In this document: positions 15,756 to 23,773 of the stretch, piece after piece
Layout: each line of letters begins with the position of its first letter
Numbering within the stretch: position 1 is the first letter of the stretch
From: Candidatus Bipolaricaulota bacterium
GTDB taxonomy: Bacteria > Bipolaricaulota > Bipolaricaulia > Bipolaricaulales > Bipolaricaulaceae
Direction of reading: 5' to 3'
Length of the DNA stretch: 64,000 nt
NCBI GenBank assembly: GCA_030550535.1
Contig: JAUQPF010000051.1
Location: 2,974-66,973, forward strand
The notes under the pieces: model-generated
The model's input: the letters and a program-made list of their open reading frames with translations, nothing else
What the model was told of the DNA's origin: nothing
Database searches by the model: none
Made by a program: the position numbers and the translations under genes

Positions 15756-18700
15756 TTACCTCCGCACCAAAATCCGGCCGATCTCCGTGCGCTGGATCTG
15801 CCCCTCGATCCTCGCGGTGACGTAGAAGAGGTAGAGCCCATTGGGGACCAGGCGTCCCTCGCGGTCCTTGAGGTCCCAGGTGAAAGTGCCTACGGAGACG
15901 GGTTTATCCAAGAGCACGGGACGTCCGGCCATGTCCAGGATGGTGAGCTTGACGTCGGTGGCCCCTGCCGGCGCAAAGATCTGGATGCGGCACTGGTTCC
16001 CCGTCACGGGGTTGTCGAGGATGAGGAACCCAAAGGTCACGCCGGCGGGGAAAACGGTGATCGTGCGCGTGTAGGGCACGCTCCAGCCCGCGCTGTTCCG
16101 CGCCCGCACCCGGACCGTATAGGCTCCGGGGTTGGTGTACGTATGCGTTGCAGTGTTGGTTTCCGTGGTGGTCGCGGGAGTGCCGTCGCCGAACTCCCAT
16201 TCCCATTCGCTCACAGGGTCGTTGGCAGGCGCCGTGGTTGTAGCGGTGAAAACCACGGGCTTCCCGGCCTCGGGGTTGGGCGGGGTTAGCGAAACCCCCG
16301 TCACGGTGGGCGGCTGCGGCGCCGGGGGCGTGGGCGTGCCTACCGTCACGTCCCTCTTCGCCGTTTCTGCGGCTCCGCCTTCGTCCGTCACGGTGAGGGT
16401 CACCGTGTAGGTGCCGGCCTGGGCGAACGCGCGGGTGACTGGTTGCGGCCCAGTGGTGGTGACCGTCGGCCCGCCGTCACCGAAGTCCCAACGGAATGTG
16501 GCTTTTGTGATGTCGCCGTCGGGGTCCTCGATGTTCGCCGCGGGCGTGAAGGTGATCGTCTGGTTCACCAAGGGCGAAGCTGGACTGAACGAGAAGTCCA
16601 CGTTCCTGGGGGGAGCGTTGGTGACGGTCACCCTCCGCGTGGCTCGGACCTCGCGGTTCGCGTCGTCGCGCACGGCATAGACCACGGTGAACTCCCCGCC
16701 CTTTCGGTAGGTGTGTTTGATGGGGTCGAGAGGCCGGTCGCCCTCGGCGGTCTTGAGCTCCACCACCCGGCCGTCGCCGAAGTCCCAGCGGGCGTAGACG
16801 ACCCCTGTGGCCGGCGACACGGAGGGGGTAAACGTGATCTCGTCGCTCCACTTCGGCGCATCCGGGCTGTAGGTGAAGGTCACCGTGCGCGGGGTCCCCG
16901 TGGCGGTGGTGAACTCCACCCCGGAGGAGAGGAAGTCCAGGGGCTTGGTGAACGTCTGCCCTCCCTCGGTGTGCTGGACCCGCGCACCAGCCATGAATTT
17001 CAGCCCTGCAGGCACGTCCCCCTTGAGGGTCACCCAGATCTCGATGGTCAAGTTTTTGTCGTCGGGGATGACGTTGTTCGCCGTGGTAGGGACCCAAACC
17101 CCGGTGGTGGTGAGGCCGGAGATGCTTGTGGTCTCCCCTAAGAGCCTTCCGGCCGCGTCGCGGACCTCGATCCGGGCCACGTGGGCGTCGCCCACCACCG
17201 TGCCCGTGCTTAGGTTCTTCACAAGAACCCGGGTGATCGTCACGTCGTAGGGGTCGTCGTCCTGGTCCTCAAGATAGAGACGCTGGGCTAAAAAGGTAAG
17301 TCCAGGGAAAACGTTACGGTCTGGGGGGCTTGGGGTCCGGTTTTCCACCTCCAGGCCCGCCGGGCCGACCACGGTGAACGTGGCGGGGCCCTTGAGAACT
17401 TCGGTGGCCAGAGAAGCCCCGCCCTCGGTATACCAGATCTGCGTCGCCAGTTTCAACTTTCGGCCGAGGGGAGCGGTCTCCCTCAAGGTCACATAGAGCT
17501 CGATCTCCACCTCGGTGTCGTCGGGGATGACGTTGTCCGCGGTGAGGGCGATGCGCACGCCGGTGGTGCTGAGGCCGGAGAGGTCCGTGGCTGACCCGAG
17601 AACCGCCCCATCGGCCCGGCGCTTCACCTCGATGCGCGCCACGTGCTGGTCGGCCAAAGGGTCAGAAGCTGTATTGCGCACGAGGACCGAGCCGAGGATC
17701 ACGTCGTAGGGGTCCGGGTCGCTATCCCTAAGCCGGATGCCCTGGGCGAGGAAGGTCTGCCCCGGCACCACCCCTCGGTCGGGGAGGTCCAAGCGCTCCG
17801 TTTCCAGTCCCAAGTCTTCGCGGTGTACTACGGTGAACTTGGGGGCCTTGCCCGGTTCTCCTACGGCGAAATCCGTGCCCTCCAGGCGCACGCTCGCCCC
17901 CAGTTGGATCTTGTGGCCCAAGGGGGCGTCGGACGCCAGGGTGAGCCACACCTCGAGGAGCACCTGGGAGTAGGCATACACGCGGTTGTTGGCCGTGAGC
18001 GTCACCGCGGTTCCTGTGGTGGCGAACTTGTCGAGCTCGCTTCGCGAGGTCTGTTCCCCAAGGAGGGCCCCGTCCAGGGCCCGGCGGACCTCCACCCGCG
18101 TGAGGTACCGCCCGGCGAGGGGGATGACCCCTGAGCCCGAGGCCACGTTCCGAACAAGGAGGCGGCTCAAGGTGAAATCCAAGGGAACTTCGGAGGCGTC
18201 CACCAGGATCCGGGCGGCGAGGAACCGCTGCCCTCGGTACACGGCCTCGCTTGCATCCTCGATTTCTTGAAAGTCTACCTTCGGGCCCACCACGGTGAAC
18301 GTGGCCGCCGCCGGCGGATAGGTGACGGCGTAAGAAGTTGAAGCGGTGTCCTTGACCGAGGTCTCCCCCAGGGCCAGGGCCTTTCCCACCAAGGCCTCGA
18401 GAGATTTCAGCTTCACCAGGATGAACAGCCGGTGCGTCCCGGCGGTGAACCTATTGTTGGTGGTGAGGGCGATCGTTACCCCAGCCGACTCAAAGCCAGC
18501 GAGGGTGGTTTCCTTCTTGAGGAGCGTTCCCGTTTCGCTTCCCCGGCGGATCTCGATGTACTCAAGATCCCCCGCGGCGATCTTCGTTCCGGTGGCGGTG
18601 TTCTTGACGGTGATCTCCCTCAAATCGAGGGTCTGTCCGGTGGGAACCCGGATCTCGATGATCTGGGCCACGAGGAGCGCCCCCGGAAAGACAAAGGCAT

Positions 18701-18797
18701 CGGGAACGGCCACGTTGGTGACCGTTACGGCCCCCGCAGCCGGAAGAACCCAGGCGGCGAGCATCCCCCACACTGCTCCCATCACTGCCCATCGCAT
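15756..18797 (-). CDS. 1013-aa secreted surface protein: signal peptide, 4 x ~150-aa unassigned repeats, 3 PKD domains, T9SS-type/FlgD-Ig-like C-terminal domain
   Basis: Signal MRWAVMGAVWGMLAAWVLPAAGA. Repeats at about aa 24-170, 171-324, 325-477 and 478-632 (each ends ..FTVVGP/FTVVH). PKD signatures WDFGDG (x2) and WEFGDG. C-terminus ...VKLTILDMAGRPVLLDKPVSVGTFTWDLKDREGRLVPNGLYLFYVTA...ILVRR. Confidence 0.9.
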   Translation of the reverse strand: MRWAVMGAVWGMLAAWVLPAAGAVTVTNVAVPDAFVFPGALLVAQIIEIRVPTGQTLDLREITVKNTATGTKIAAGDLEYIEIRRGSETGTLLKKETTLAGFESAGVTIALTTNNRFTAGTHRLFILVKLKSLEALVGKALALGETSVKDTASTSYAVTYPPAAATFTVVGPKVDFQEIEDASEAVYRGQRFLAARILVDASEVPLDFTLSRLLVRNVASGSGVIPLAGRYLTRVEVRRALDGALLGEQTSRSELDKFATTGTAVTLTANNRVYAYSQVLLEVWLTLASDAPLGHKIQLGASVRLEGTDFAVGEPGKAPKFTVVHREDLGLETERLDLPDRGVVPGQTFLAQGIRLRDSDPDPYDVILGSVLVRNTASDPLADQHVARIEVKRRADGAVLGSATDLSGLSTTGVRIALTADNVIPDDTEVEIELYVTLRETAPLGRKLKLATQIWYTEGGASLATEVLKGPATFTVVGPAGLEVENRTPSPPDRNVFPGLTFLAQRLYLEDQDDDPYDVTITRVLVKNLSTGTVVGDAHVARIEVRDAAGRLLGETTSISGLTTTGVWVPTTANNVIPDDKNLTIEIWVTLKGDVPAGLKFMAGARVQHTEGGQTFTKPLDFLSSGVEFTTATGTPRTVTFTYSPDAPKWSDEITFTPSVSPATGVVYARWDFGDGRVVELKTAEGDRPLDPIKHTYRKGGEFTVVYAVRDDANREVRATRRVTVTNAPPRNVDFSFSPASPLVNQTITFTPAANIEDPDGDITKATFRWDFGDGGPTVTTTGPQPVTRAFAQAGTYTVTLTVTDEGGAAETAKRDVTVGTPTPPAPQPPTVTGVSLTPPNPEAGKPVVFTATTTAPANDPVSEWEWEFGDGTPATTTETNTATHTYTNPGAYTVRVRARNSAGWSVPYTRTITVFPAGVTFGFLILDNPVTGNQCRIQIFAPAGATDVKLTILDMAGRPVLLDKPVSVGTFTWDLKDREGRLVPNGLYLFYVTARIEGQIQRTEIGRILVRR

Positions 18798-19116
18798 CGC
18801 CCCATCACCTCGCTTAGTCTAGCCGGCCGGCCTTTTGCTCGTACCCCATCCACTCCACCATCCCTAGTCTACGCGGGTCCGTCTCCCCGCCTAACCTCAC
18901 AGTTACCTCCGTTCCCGACGTTTTCCCCCCGCCCAAGGCCCATTTGTCCCGCCGGTGTGCCGCCCCCGGTCCAACTCGTAGCGTAATGCCTCCACTTTTT
19001 TGCAGTGTACCGAGGGCGACGCTTGCAGGGCAAGCCTCGAAATTTTGGGGCCGACTTAGCTTAGAGAAGGCCACGCTCGCGCGGCCCCTAGGGGGCGCCC
19101 CTCGCCGCGGTAGGGG

Positions 19117-19146
19117 TTGAAGAAGCGCGCGCGTGCGCTTTAAAGT
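19117..19146 (+). promoter_or_regulatory. sigma-70-type promoter for tRNA-Ala (and probably trmFO)
   Basis: TTGAAG (19117-19122), 18-nt spacer, TAAAGT (19141-19146). The tRNA 5' end lies 10 nt downstream. Confidence 0.5.
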
Positions 19147-19155
19147 CTGAGATGT

Positions 19156-19228
19156 GGGGGCGTAGCTCAGCTGGGAGAGCGCCGGCTTTGCAAGCCGGAA
19201 GTCGGCGGTTCGAGTCCGCTCGCCTCCA
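19156..19228 (+). tRNA. tRNA-Ala (anticodon UGC)
   Basis: Hand-folded cloverleaf: acceptor GGGGGCG/CGCCTCC with the G3:U70 alanine identity pair, anticodon loop TTTGCAA, T-loop GGTTCGAGTCC. CCA not encoded. Confidence 0.95.
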
Positions 19229-19246
19229 CTTCTTTTCTTTCCCGCC

Positions 19247-20560
19247 ATGAACGCCAAGCCCTGGGTCACCGTGGTGGGAGGAGGTTTAGCTGGGGCTGAA
19301 GCGGCCTGGACCCTGGCCCGGCTTGGCCTCCGTGTCCGCCTCTTTGAGATGCGCCCGGGCAAGATGACCCCTGCCCACCGCACCGAGCACTTCGCGGAAC
19401 TCGTGTGCTCCAACTCCCTGGGCGGCGAGGGTCCCGCCAACGCCAAGGGATTGCTTCAAGCGGAACTCCGCGCTGCGGGAAGCCTCGTCATGGAAGCGGC
19501 GGACCGCTTCCGCGTGCCTGCCGGTGCAGCCCTGGCCGTGGACCGCGAGCCCTTTAGCGTCTACATCACCGAGAGGCTCTCCTCCCACCCCCACGTGGAG
19601 GTCGTGCGAGAGGAAGTCACGGAGATCCCTGATCCCATCGCGATCCTGGCCACGGGCCCCCTCACCTCCGACGCCCTGGCCGAGGCCCTCCGGCGTCGTC
19701 TGGGCGAGAACTTTCTTTACTTCTACGATGCGGCCGCGCCCGTGATCCTGGGCGAAACGATCAACATGGAGAAGTGCTTCCGGGGTGGGCGCTTCGAGCA
19801 AAGCCCTGATTACATCAACTGCCCCATGACCGAGGAGGAGTACCGCCGCTTCTATGAGGCGCTCACCCAGGCCCGCCAACACACCCCCCACGACTGGGAG
19901 AACCTCCGGTTCTTCGAGGGGTGCATTCCCATTGAGGAGCTCGCGCGGCGGGGGTACCTCACCCCGGTGTTTGGGCCTCTTAGGCCCGTGGGGATCATCG
20001 ACCCCCGCACGGGAAAGGAGCCGTTCGCCGTGGTGCAGCTCCGCCAGGAGGACCGGGAGGGAAGGCTTTGGAGCCTTGTGGGCTTCCAGACCGGGCTCAA
20101 GTGGCCGGACCAAAAGAAGGTGGTGCAAACCATCCCGGGCCTGGAGAACGCGGAGATCGTGCGCTATGGGGTCATGCACAGAAATACGTACCTCAATGCG
20201 CCCAAGCTCATCCGGGAGACCCTGGAGCTTCGGGATGCGCCGGGCGTGTTCGTGGCTGGGGTCCTGGCGGGGGTGGAGGGCTACATTGAGAGCGCGGCCA
20301 CGGGTTTTCTGGCCGGGCTCAACGCGGGGAGGATGGCGCTCGGGCTTCCTCCCGTGGTTCCGCCTCCAGAGAGCATGCTTGGGGCGCTGGTGCGCTTTTT
20401 GGCCACCGCCGAGCCCGAGAACTTCCAGCCCATGAGCGCCAACTGGGGCCTGGTTCCCCCGCTTGAAGGGAAGATGGACAAGCGGGCCAAGCGGGAGGCC
20501 ATGTTCCGTCGGGGGCTATCGGCTTTTCAGGCCTGGTTTAGCGAAGTTTGGCAGGGTTAG
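19247..20560 (+). CDS. trmFO: methylenetetrahydrofolate--tRNA-(uracil54-C5)-methyltransferase
   Basis: VTVVGGGLAGAEAAW FAD motif, ...AELVCSNSLG..., full-length Gid/TrmFO similarity. Starts 18 nt after tRNA-Ala. Confidence 0.9.
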   Translation: MNAKPWVTVVGGGLAGAEAAWTLARLGLRVRLFEMRPGKMTPAHRTEHFAELVCSNSLGGEGPANAKGLLQAELRAAGSLVMEAADRFRVPAGAALAVDREPFSVYITERLSSHPHVEVVREEVTEIPDPIAILATGPLTSDALAEALRRRLGENFLYFYDAAAPVILGETINMEKCFRGGRFEQSPDYINCPMTEEEYRRFYEALTQARQHTPHDWENLRFFEGCIPIEELARRGYLTPVFGPLRPVGIIDPRTGKEPFAVVQLRQEDREGRLWSLVGFQTGLKWPDQKKVVQTIPGLENAEIVRYGVMHRNTYLNAPKLIRETLELRDAPGVFVAGVLAGVEGYIESAATGFLAGLNAGRMALGLPPVVPPPESMLGALVRFLATAEPENFQPMSANWGLVPPLEGKMDKRAKREAMFRRGLSAFQAWFSEVWQG

Positions 20561-20576
20561 GGCCTCCTCATCCTGA

Positions 20577-20600
20577 CCCTCTCCCCCAAGGGGGAGAGGG
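20577..20600. repeat. REP-like element, inner hairpin only
   Basis: CCCTCTCCCC-CAAG-GGGGAGAGGG. Confidence 0.8.
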
Positions 20601-20692
20601 CTTGTGAAAAAAGCGAAGGCCCCTTTCCTAGGAAACCAGCTTCTTCCCCTTCTTAAGGCTGACGGGCTGGACGAAACGAAATCGGTGTCGTT

Positions 20693-20733
20693 CCACCCTC
20701 TCCCCTTTTGGGGAGAGGGCACAGGGGTGAGGG
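20693..20733. repeat. REP-like element (inner hairpin plus right outer arm)
   Basis: CCACCCTCTCCCC-TTTT-GGGGAGAGGGC-ACA-GGGGTGAGGG. Confidence 0.85.
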
Positions 20734-20804
20734 TTTCCGCACACACGGGGAGCAGAAAAAGGGCCTTGCTGCCCAGCCAAAGTTCGTTCTCCGGTGATTA
20801 AGGG

Positions 20805-20843
20805 CCACCCTCTTCCCTTCGGGGAGAGGGCTTGGGTGAGGGG
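20805..20843. repeat. REP-like element (inner hairpin plus right outer arm)
   Basis: CCACCCTCTTCCC-TTC-GGGGAGAGGGC-TTG-GGTGAGGGG. Abuts the rdgB stop codon (20844-20846). Confidence 0.85.
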
Positions 20844-21449
20844 TCAAACCAAAAGGTCGGGGTTTTCGGCGAGGACGCGAAGGAGGGGCTTTAGGCCCTC
20901 CAGGGCCTTGCGCCGATGGGAAATGGCGTTCTTCTCCTCAGGGGAGAGCTCGGCAAGGGTCCGCGTCTCGCCCTTGGGGATGAAAAGAGGATCGTACCCG
21001 AAGCCTCCGCTTCCCCGGGGCTCTCGGGCGATCTCACCCTCGAGCACTCCTTCGCTCGTCCAGAACCGGCCATCCGGAAGAGCCAGGACGGCCACGGTGC
21101 GGAACCGCGCCCGCCGGTTTTCCGCCCCTTCCAGGAGCTCCAAAAGCTTTCGGTTGTTCGCGGCGTAGTCCTTCTCCCTCCCGGCGAAGCGGGAGGAAAG
21201 GACCCCAGGCGCCCCACCCAGGGCCTCCACCTCAAGCCCCGTGTCCTCGGCGAGGGCGGGCAAACCCGCGCGCTTGGCGTACGTCACGGCCTTGATGATC
21301 GCGTTCTCCTCGAGGGTTTCCCCTTCCTCCTTGGGCTCAGGGAGACCCAAGTGCGAGGCGGAGACCCATTCCACCCCAGGGATCGCGCCCAGGATGGCCA
21401 GAATTTCCGCGAGTTTCGCGGGGTTCCCTGTCCCTAAAAGGACCTTCAC
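20844..21449 (-). CDS. rdgB: dITP/XTP pyrophosphatase (Ham1/RdgB family)
   Basis: [16 protein letters not shown]...[23 protein letters not shown]...FGYDPLFIP... Confidence 0.9.
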   Translation of the reverse strand: MKVLLGTGNPAKLAEILAILGAIPGVEWVSASHLGLPEPKEEGETLEENAIIKAVTYAKRAGLPALAEDTGLEVEALGGAPGVLSSRFAGREKDYAANNRKLLELLEGAENRRARFRTVAVLALPDGRFWTSEGVLEGEIAREPRGSGGFGYDPLFIPKGETRTLAELSPEEKNAISHRRKALEGLKPLLRVLAENPDLLV

Positions 21450-22474
21450 GCGACCTTCACGCCCCGCAGTTGGAGGTGGTCCGCGAAGTGGCAGGCCACG
21501 TAGTGCTCACCGCCCAGGTCCCGCAGCTCCGGCGTCTCCCGGGAGCACACGTCCTTGGCGTAGGAGCAGCGGGGATGGAAGCGGCAGCCCTTGGGCGGGT
21601 TCACGGGACTGGGCACGTCGCCCTGGAGGATGATGCGCTCGGCCTGGTAATCGGGGTCGGGGACAGGCACGGCGGAAAGGAGGGCCTCGGTGTAGGGATG
21701 CCGCGGACGGAGGAAAAGCTCCTCGGTCTCCGCGAGCTCCACGATTTTTCCGAGGTACATCACGGCCACGCGGTCGGAGATGTGCTTCACCACGGAAAGA
21801 TCGTGGGCCACAAAAAGGTAGGTGAGGCCGAACTGGTCCTGGAGATCCTCAAGGAGGTTCAGGATTTGGGCCTGGATGGAGACGTCCAGGGCGGAGACGG
21901 GCTCGTCGCACACGATGAGCTGAGGGTTGAGGGCTAAGGCGCGGGCGATGCCGATCCTTTGGCGCTGGCCGCCCGAGAACTCATGGGGATAGCGCCGCAT
22001 GTGCTCGGGCTTGAGGCCCACGGCCTCCAAAAGCTCGGCCACGCGCGCCCGCAATTCCTTTCCCCGGGCCATCCGGTGCACCACCAGCGGCTCGCCAATG
22101 ATGTCCCCCACGGTCATGCGGGGGTTCAGGGAGGAGTAGGGGTCCTGGAAGATGATCTGCATTTCCCGGCGCAGGAGCTTCATGGTCCTTTTGTCGGCGT
22201 GGACCACGTCCACCTCCCGGCCCAGCTGTTTGGAGCGGAACCAGACCTCGCCGGAGGTGGGTTCGATCAGGCGCAGGATGGTGCGGGCGCACGTGGTTTT
22301 TCCGCAGCCGGACTCGCCCACGAGGCCCAGGGTCTCCCCTTCCCGGATGAAGAGATCCACCTCGTCCACCGCTTTGACCCAGCCCACGACCCGGCGGAAC
22401 ACGCCCCGCCGCACCGGGAAGTACTTCTTCAGCCGGTTGACGCGAAGGAGGACAAGGTCGCTTTTTACGGCCAT
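21446..22474 (-). CDS. oligopeptide/dipeptide ABC transporter ATP-binding protein (OppF/DppF type)
   Basis: Walker [10 protein letters not shown], signature FSGGQRQR, Walker B IVCDEP, C-terminal GCRFHPRC motif. Confidence 0.9.
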   Translation of the reverse strand: MAVKSDLVLLRVNRLKKYFPVRRGVFRRVVGWVKAVDEVDLFIREGETLGLVGESGCGKTTCARTILRLIEPTSGEVWFRSKQLGREVDVVHADKRTMKLLRREMQIIFQDPYSSLNPRMTVGDIIGEPLVVHRMARGKELRARVAELLEAVGLKPEHMRRYPHEFSGGQRQRIGIARALALNPQLIVCDEPVSALDVSIQAQILNLLEDLQDQFGLTYLFVAHDLSVVKHISDRVAVMYLGKIVELAETEELFLRPRHPYTEALLSAVPVPDPDYQAERIILQGDVPSPVNPPKGCRFHPRCSYAKDVCSRETPELRDLGGEHYVACHFADHLQLRGVKVA

Positions 22475-22484
22475 CTCTCACCCC

Positions 22485-23465
22485 TCAGGCGTAGAGCCAG
22501 CAGGCGGCCTCATGGTTCGGGGCCACTTCCCGCAAAGGCGGCGTTTCCTTGGTGCAGATTTCCATCACGTGGGGGCAGCGGGGGTTGAAGGGGCAACCCG
22601 GCGGCGCGTCCAGGGGGTCGGGCACGATCCCCTTGATCGGCTCCAGACGCTTCTTCTTCGTGGCCAGGGAGGGGATGGAGTTGAGGAGCCCTTGGGTGTA
22701 GGGGTGCTTGGGCTCGTGGAAAAGCGGGCGCACCAGGGCGTGCTCCACCACCTTCCCCAAGTACATCACCACCACTTCCTGGCACATCTCCGCCACGACC
22801 CCGAGGTTGTGGGTGATGAACATGATGGCCATCTTGAACCGGCTCTGGAGATCCCGCATGAGGTCCAGGACTTGGGCCTGGATGGTCACATCCAAGGCGG
22901 TGGTGGGCTCATCGGCGATGAGGAGCGAGGGGTTGCAGGAGAGGGCCATGGCGATCATGGCCCGCTGGCGCATCCCACCGGAGAGCTGGTGGGGGTACTC
23001 GTCCACCCGCTGCTCGGGCTCTGGGATCCCCACCTGACGCAGCATCTCGATCGCTTTTTTCCGGGCTTCCTTCTTGGAGACCTTTTGGTGGAGCATGATG
23101 GCCTCCATGATCTGGTAGCCGATGGTGAAGACAGGGTTCAGGGAGGTCATGGGCTCCTGGAAGATCATGGCGATCTCTTTGCCCCGGATGGCCCGGTACT
23201 CCTTGCCTTTGGGGGGGAGCTTGGTGAGGTCCACGGTGTTCCCGTCCTTATGGAGAAGGATTTGGCCGCCCACGATCTTCCCCGGGGGCATGGGCACGAG
23301 CCCCATGATGGACAAAGCCGTCACGGATTTTCCGCATCCGGATTCACCGACTATGCCCAAGGTCTGCTGGGGCTCGATCTTGAAGGTGACTCCGTCTACG
23401 GCTTTGACCACCCCGTCCTCGGTATAGAAGTAGGTCTTCAGGTCCTGGACCTGAATGAGCGGCAC
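22485..23465 (-). CDS. oligopeptide/dipeptide ABC transporter ATP-binding protein (OppD/DppD type)
   Basis: GTG start comp(23463-23465) after AGGAGGGA: (M)[25 protein letters not shown]... [35 protein letters not shown]. The ORF-track N-terminal extension overlaps secG and is rejected. Confidence 0.9.
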   Translation of the reverse strand: MPLIQVQDLKTYFYTEDGVVKAVDGVTFKIEPQQTLGIVGESGCGKSVTALSIMGLVPMPPGKIVGGQILLHKDGNTVDLTKLPPKGKEYRAIRGKEIAMIFQEPMTSLNPVFTIGYQIMEAIMLHQKVSKKEARKKAIEMLRQVGIPEPEQRVDEYPHQLSGGMRQRAMIAMALSCNPSLLIADEPTTALDVTIQAQVLDLMRDLQSRFKMAIMFITHNLGVVAEMCQEVVVMYLGKVVEHALVRPLFHEPKHPYTQGLLNSIPSLATKKKRLEPIKGIVPDPLDAPPGCPFNPRCPHVMEICTKETPPLREVAPNHEAACWLYA

Positions 23466-23473
23466 AGTCCCTC

Positions 23474-23704
23474 CTAAAGGACGGCCAAAAGAATCCCCAG
23501 GACGAAAAAGACCGTGCCCAGGACCCCGATGAGGAGCTTTTTGGGGTCGCGGGAGACGTCCCGGCCGAACACGGTGGCGGACATCCCCGCCCCGAAGGCT
23601 CCTCCCAAGGTGGCGTGCTCCGACATGTGCGAGAGCACCAAGGCGATCAAGGCGAAACAGTCCACAAAGAAAAGGGCTAACAAGACGCTGCGAAGGATTC
23701 CCAT
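23474..23704 (-). CDS. secG: preprotein translocase subunit SecG (76 aa)
   Basis: [47 protein letters not shown]...[20 protein letters not shown]. Two TM helices flank the G-rich loop typical of SecG. This is the C-terminal piece of ORF 23474..24571. Confidence 0.8.
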   Translation of the reverse strand: MGILRSVLLALFFVDCFALIALVLSHMSEHATLGGAFGAGMSATVFGRDVSRDPKKLLIGVLGTVFFVLGILLAVL

Positions 23705-23725
23705 CTCCTCGCTCCTCCAAACGCC

Positions 23726-23755
23726 ATTATACGGGCGGAAGCGCATTTGGTGCAA
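23726..23755 (-). promoter_or_regulatory. sigma-70-type promoter of secG-oppDF-rdgB
   Basis: Minus strand: TTGCAC (comp 23750-23755), 18-nt spacer, TATAAT (comp 23726-23731), then a short leader with GGAGGA before the secG ATG. Confidence 0.55.
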
Positions 23756-23773
23756 GATGGCGTGGTTCGTAAA

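Noticed and set aside
18814-19446. 210-aa minus-strand ORF.
   Set aside because: It runs antisense through tRNA-Ala and the trmFO start, and its composition is low-complexity.
20565-20843. Possible CRISPR array (three similar units).
   Set aside because: The units are internally palindromic, spaced irregularly (~116 and ~112 bp start to start with unrelated lengths of filler), differ in length, and recur singly elsewhere. No cas genes are present. This is REP-like, not CRISPR.
20516-20847. Small ORFs (65-76 aa) inside the trmFO-rdgB gap, with strings such as PLPFWGEGTGVRV and SPLPLGGEGQDEE.
   Set aside because: These strings are translations of the REP-like palindromes. There are no RBS sites, the ORFs overlap each other on both strands, and the repeat explains them.
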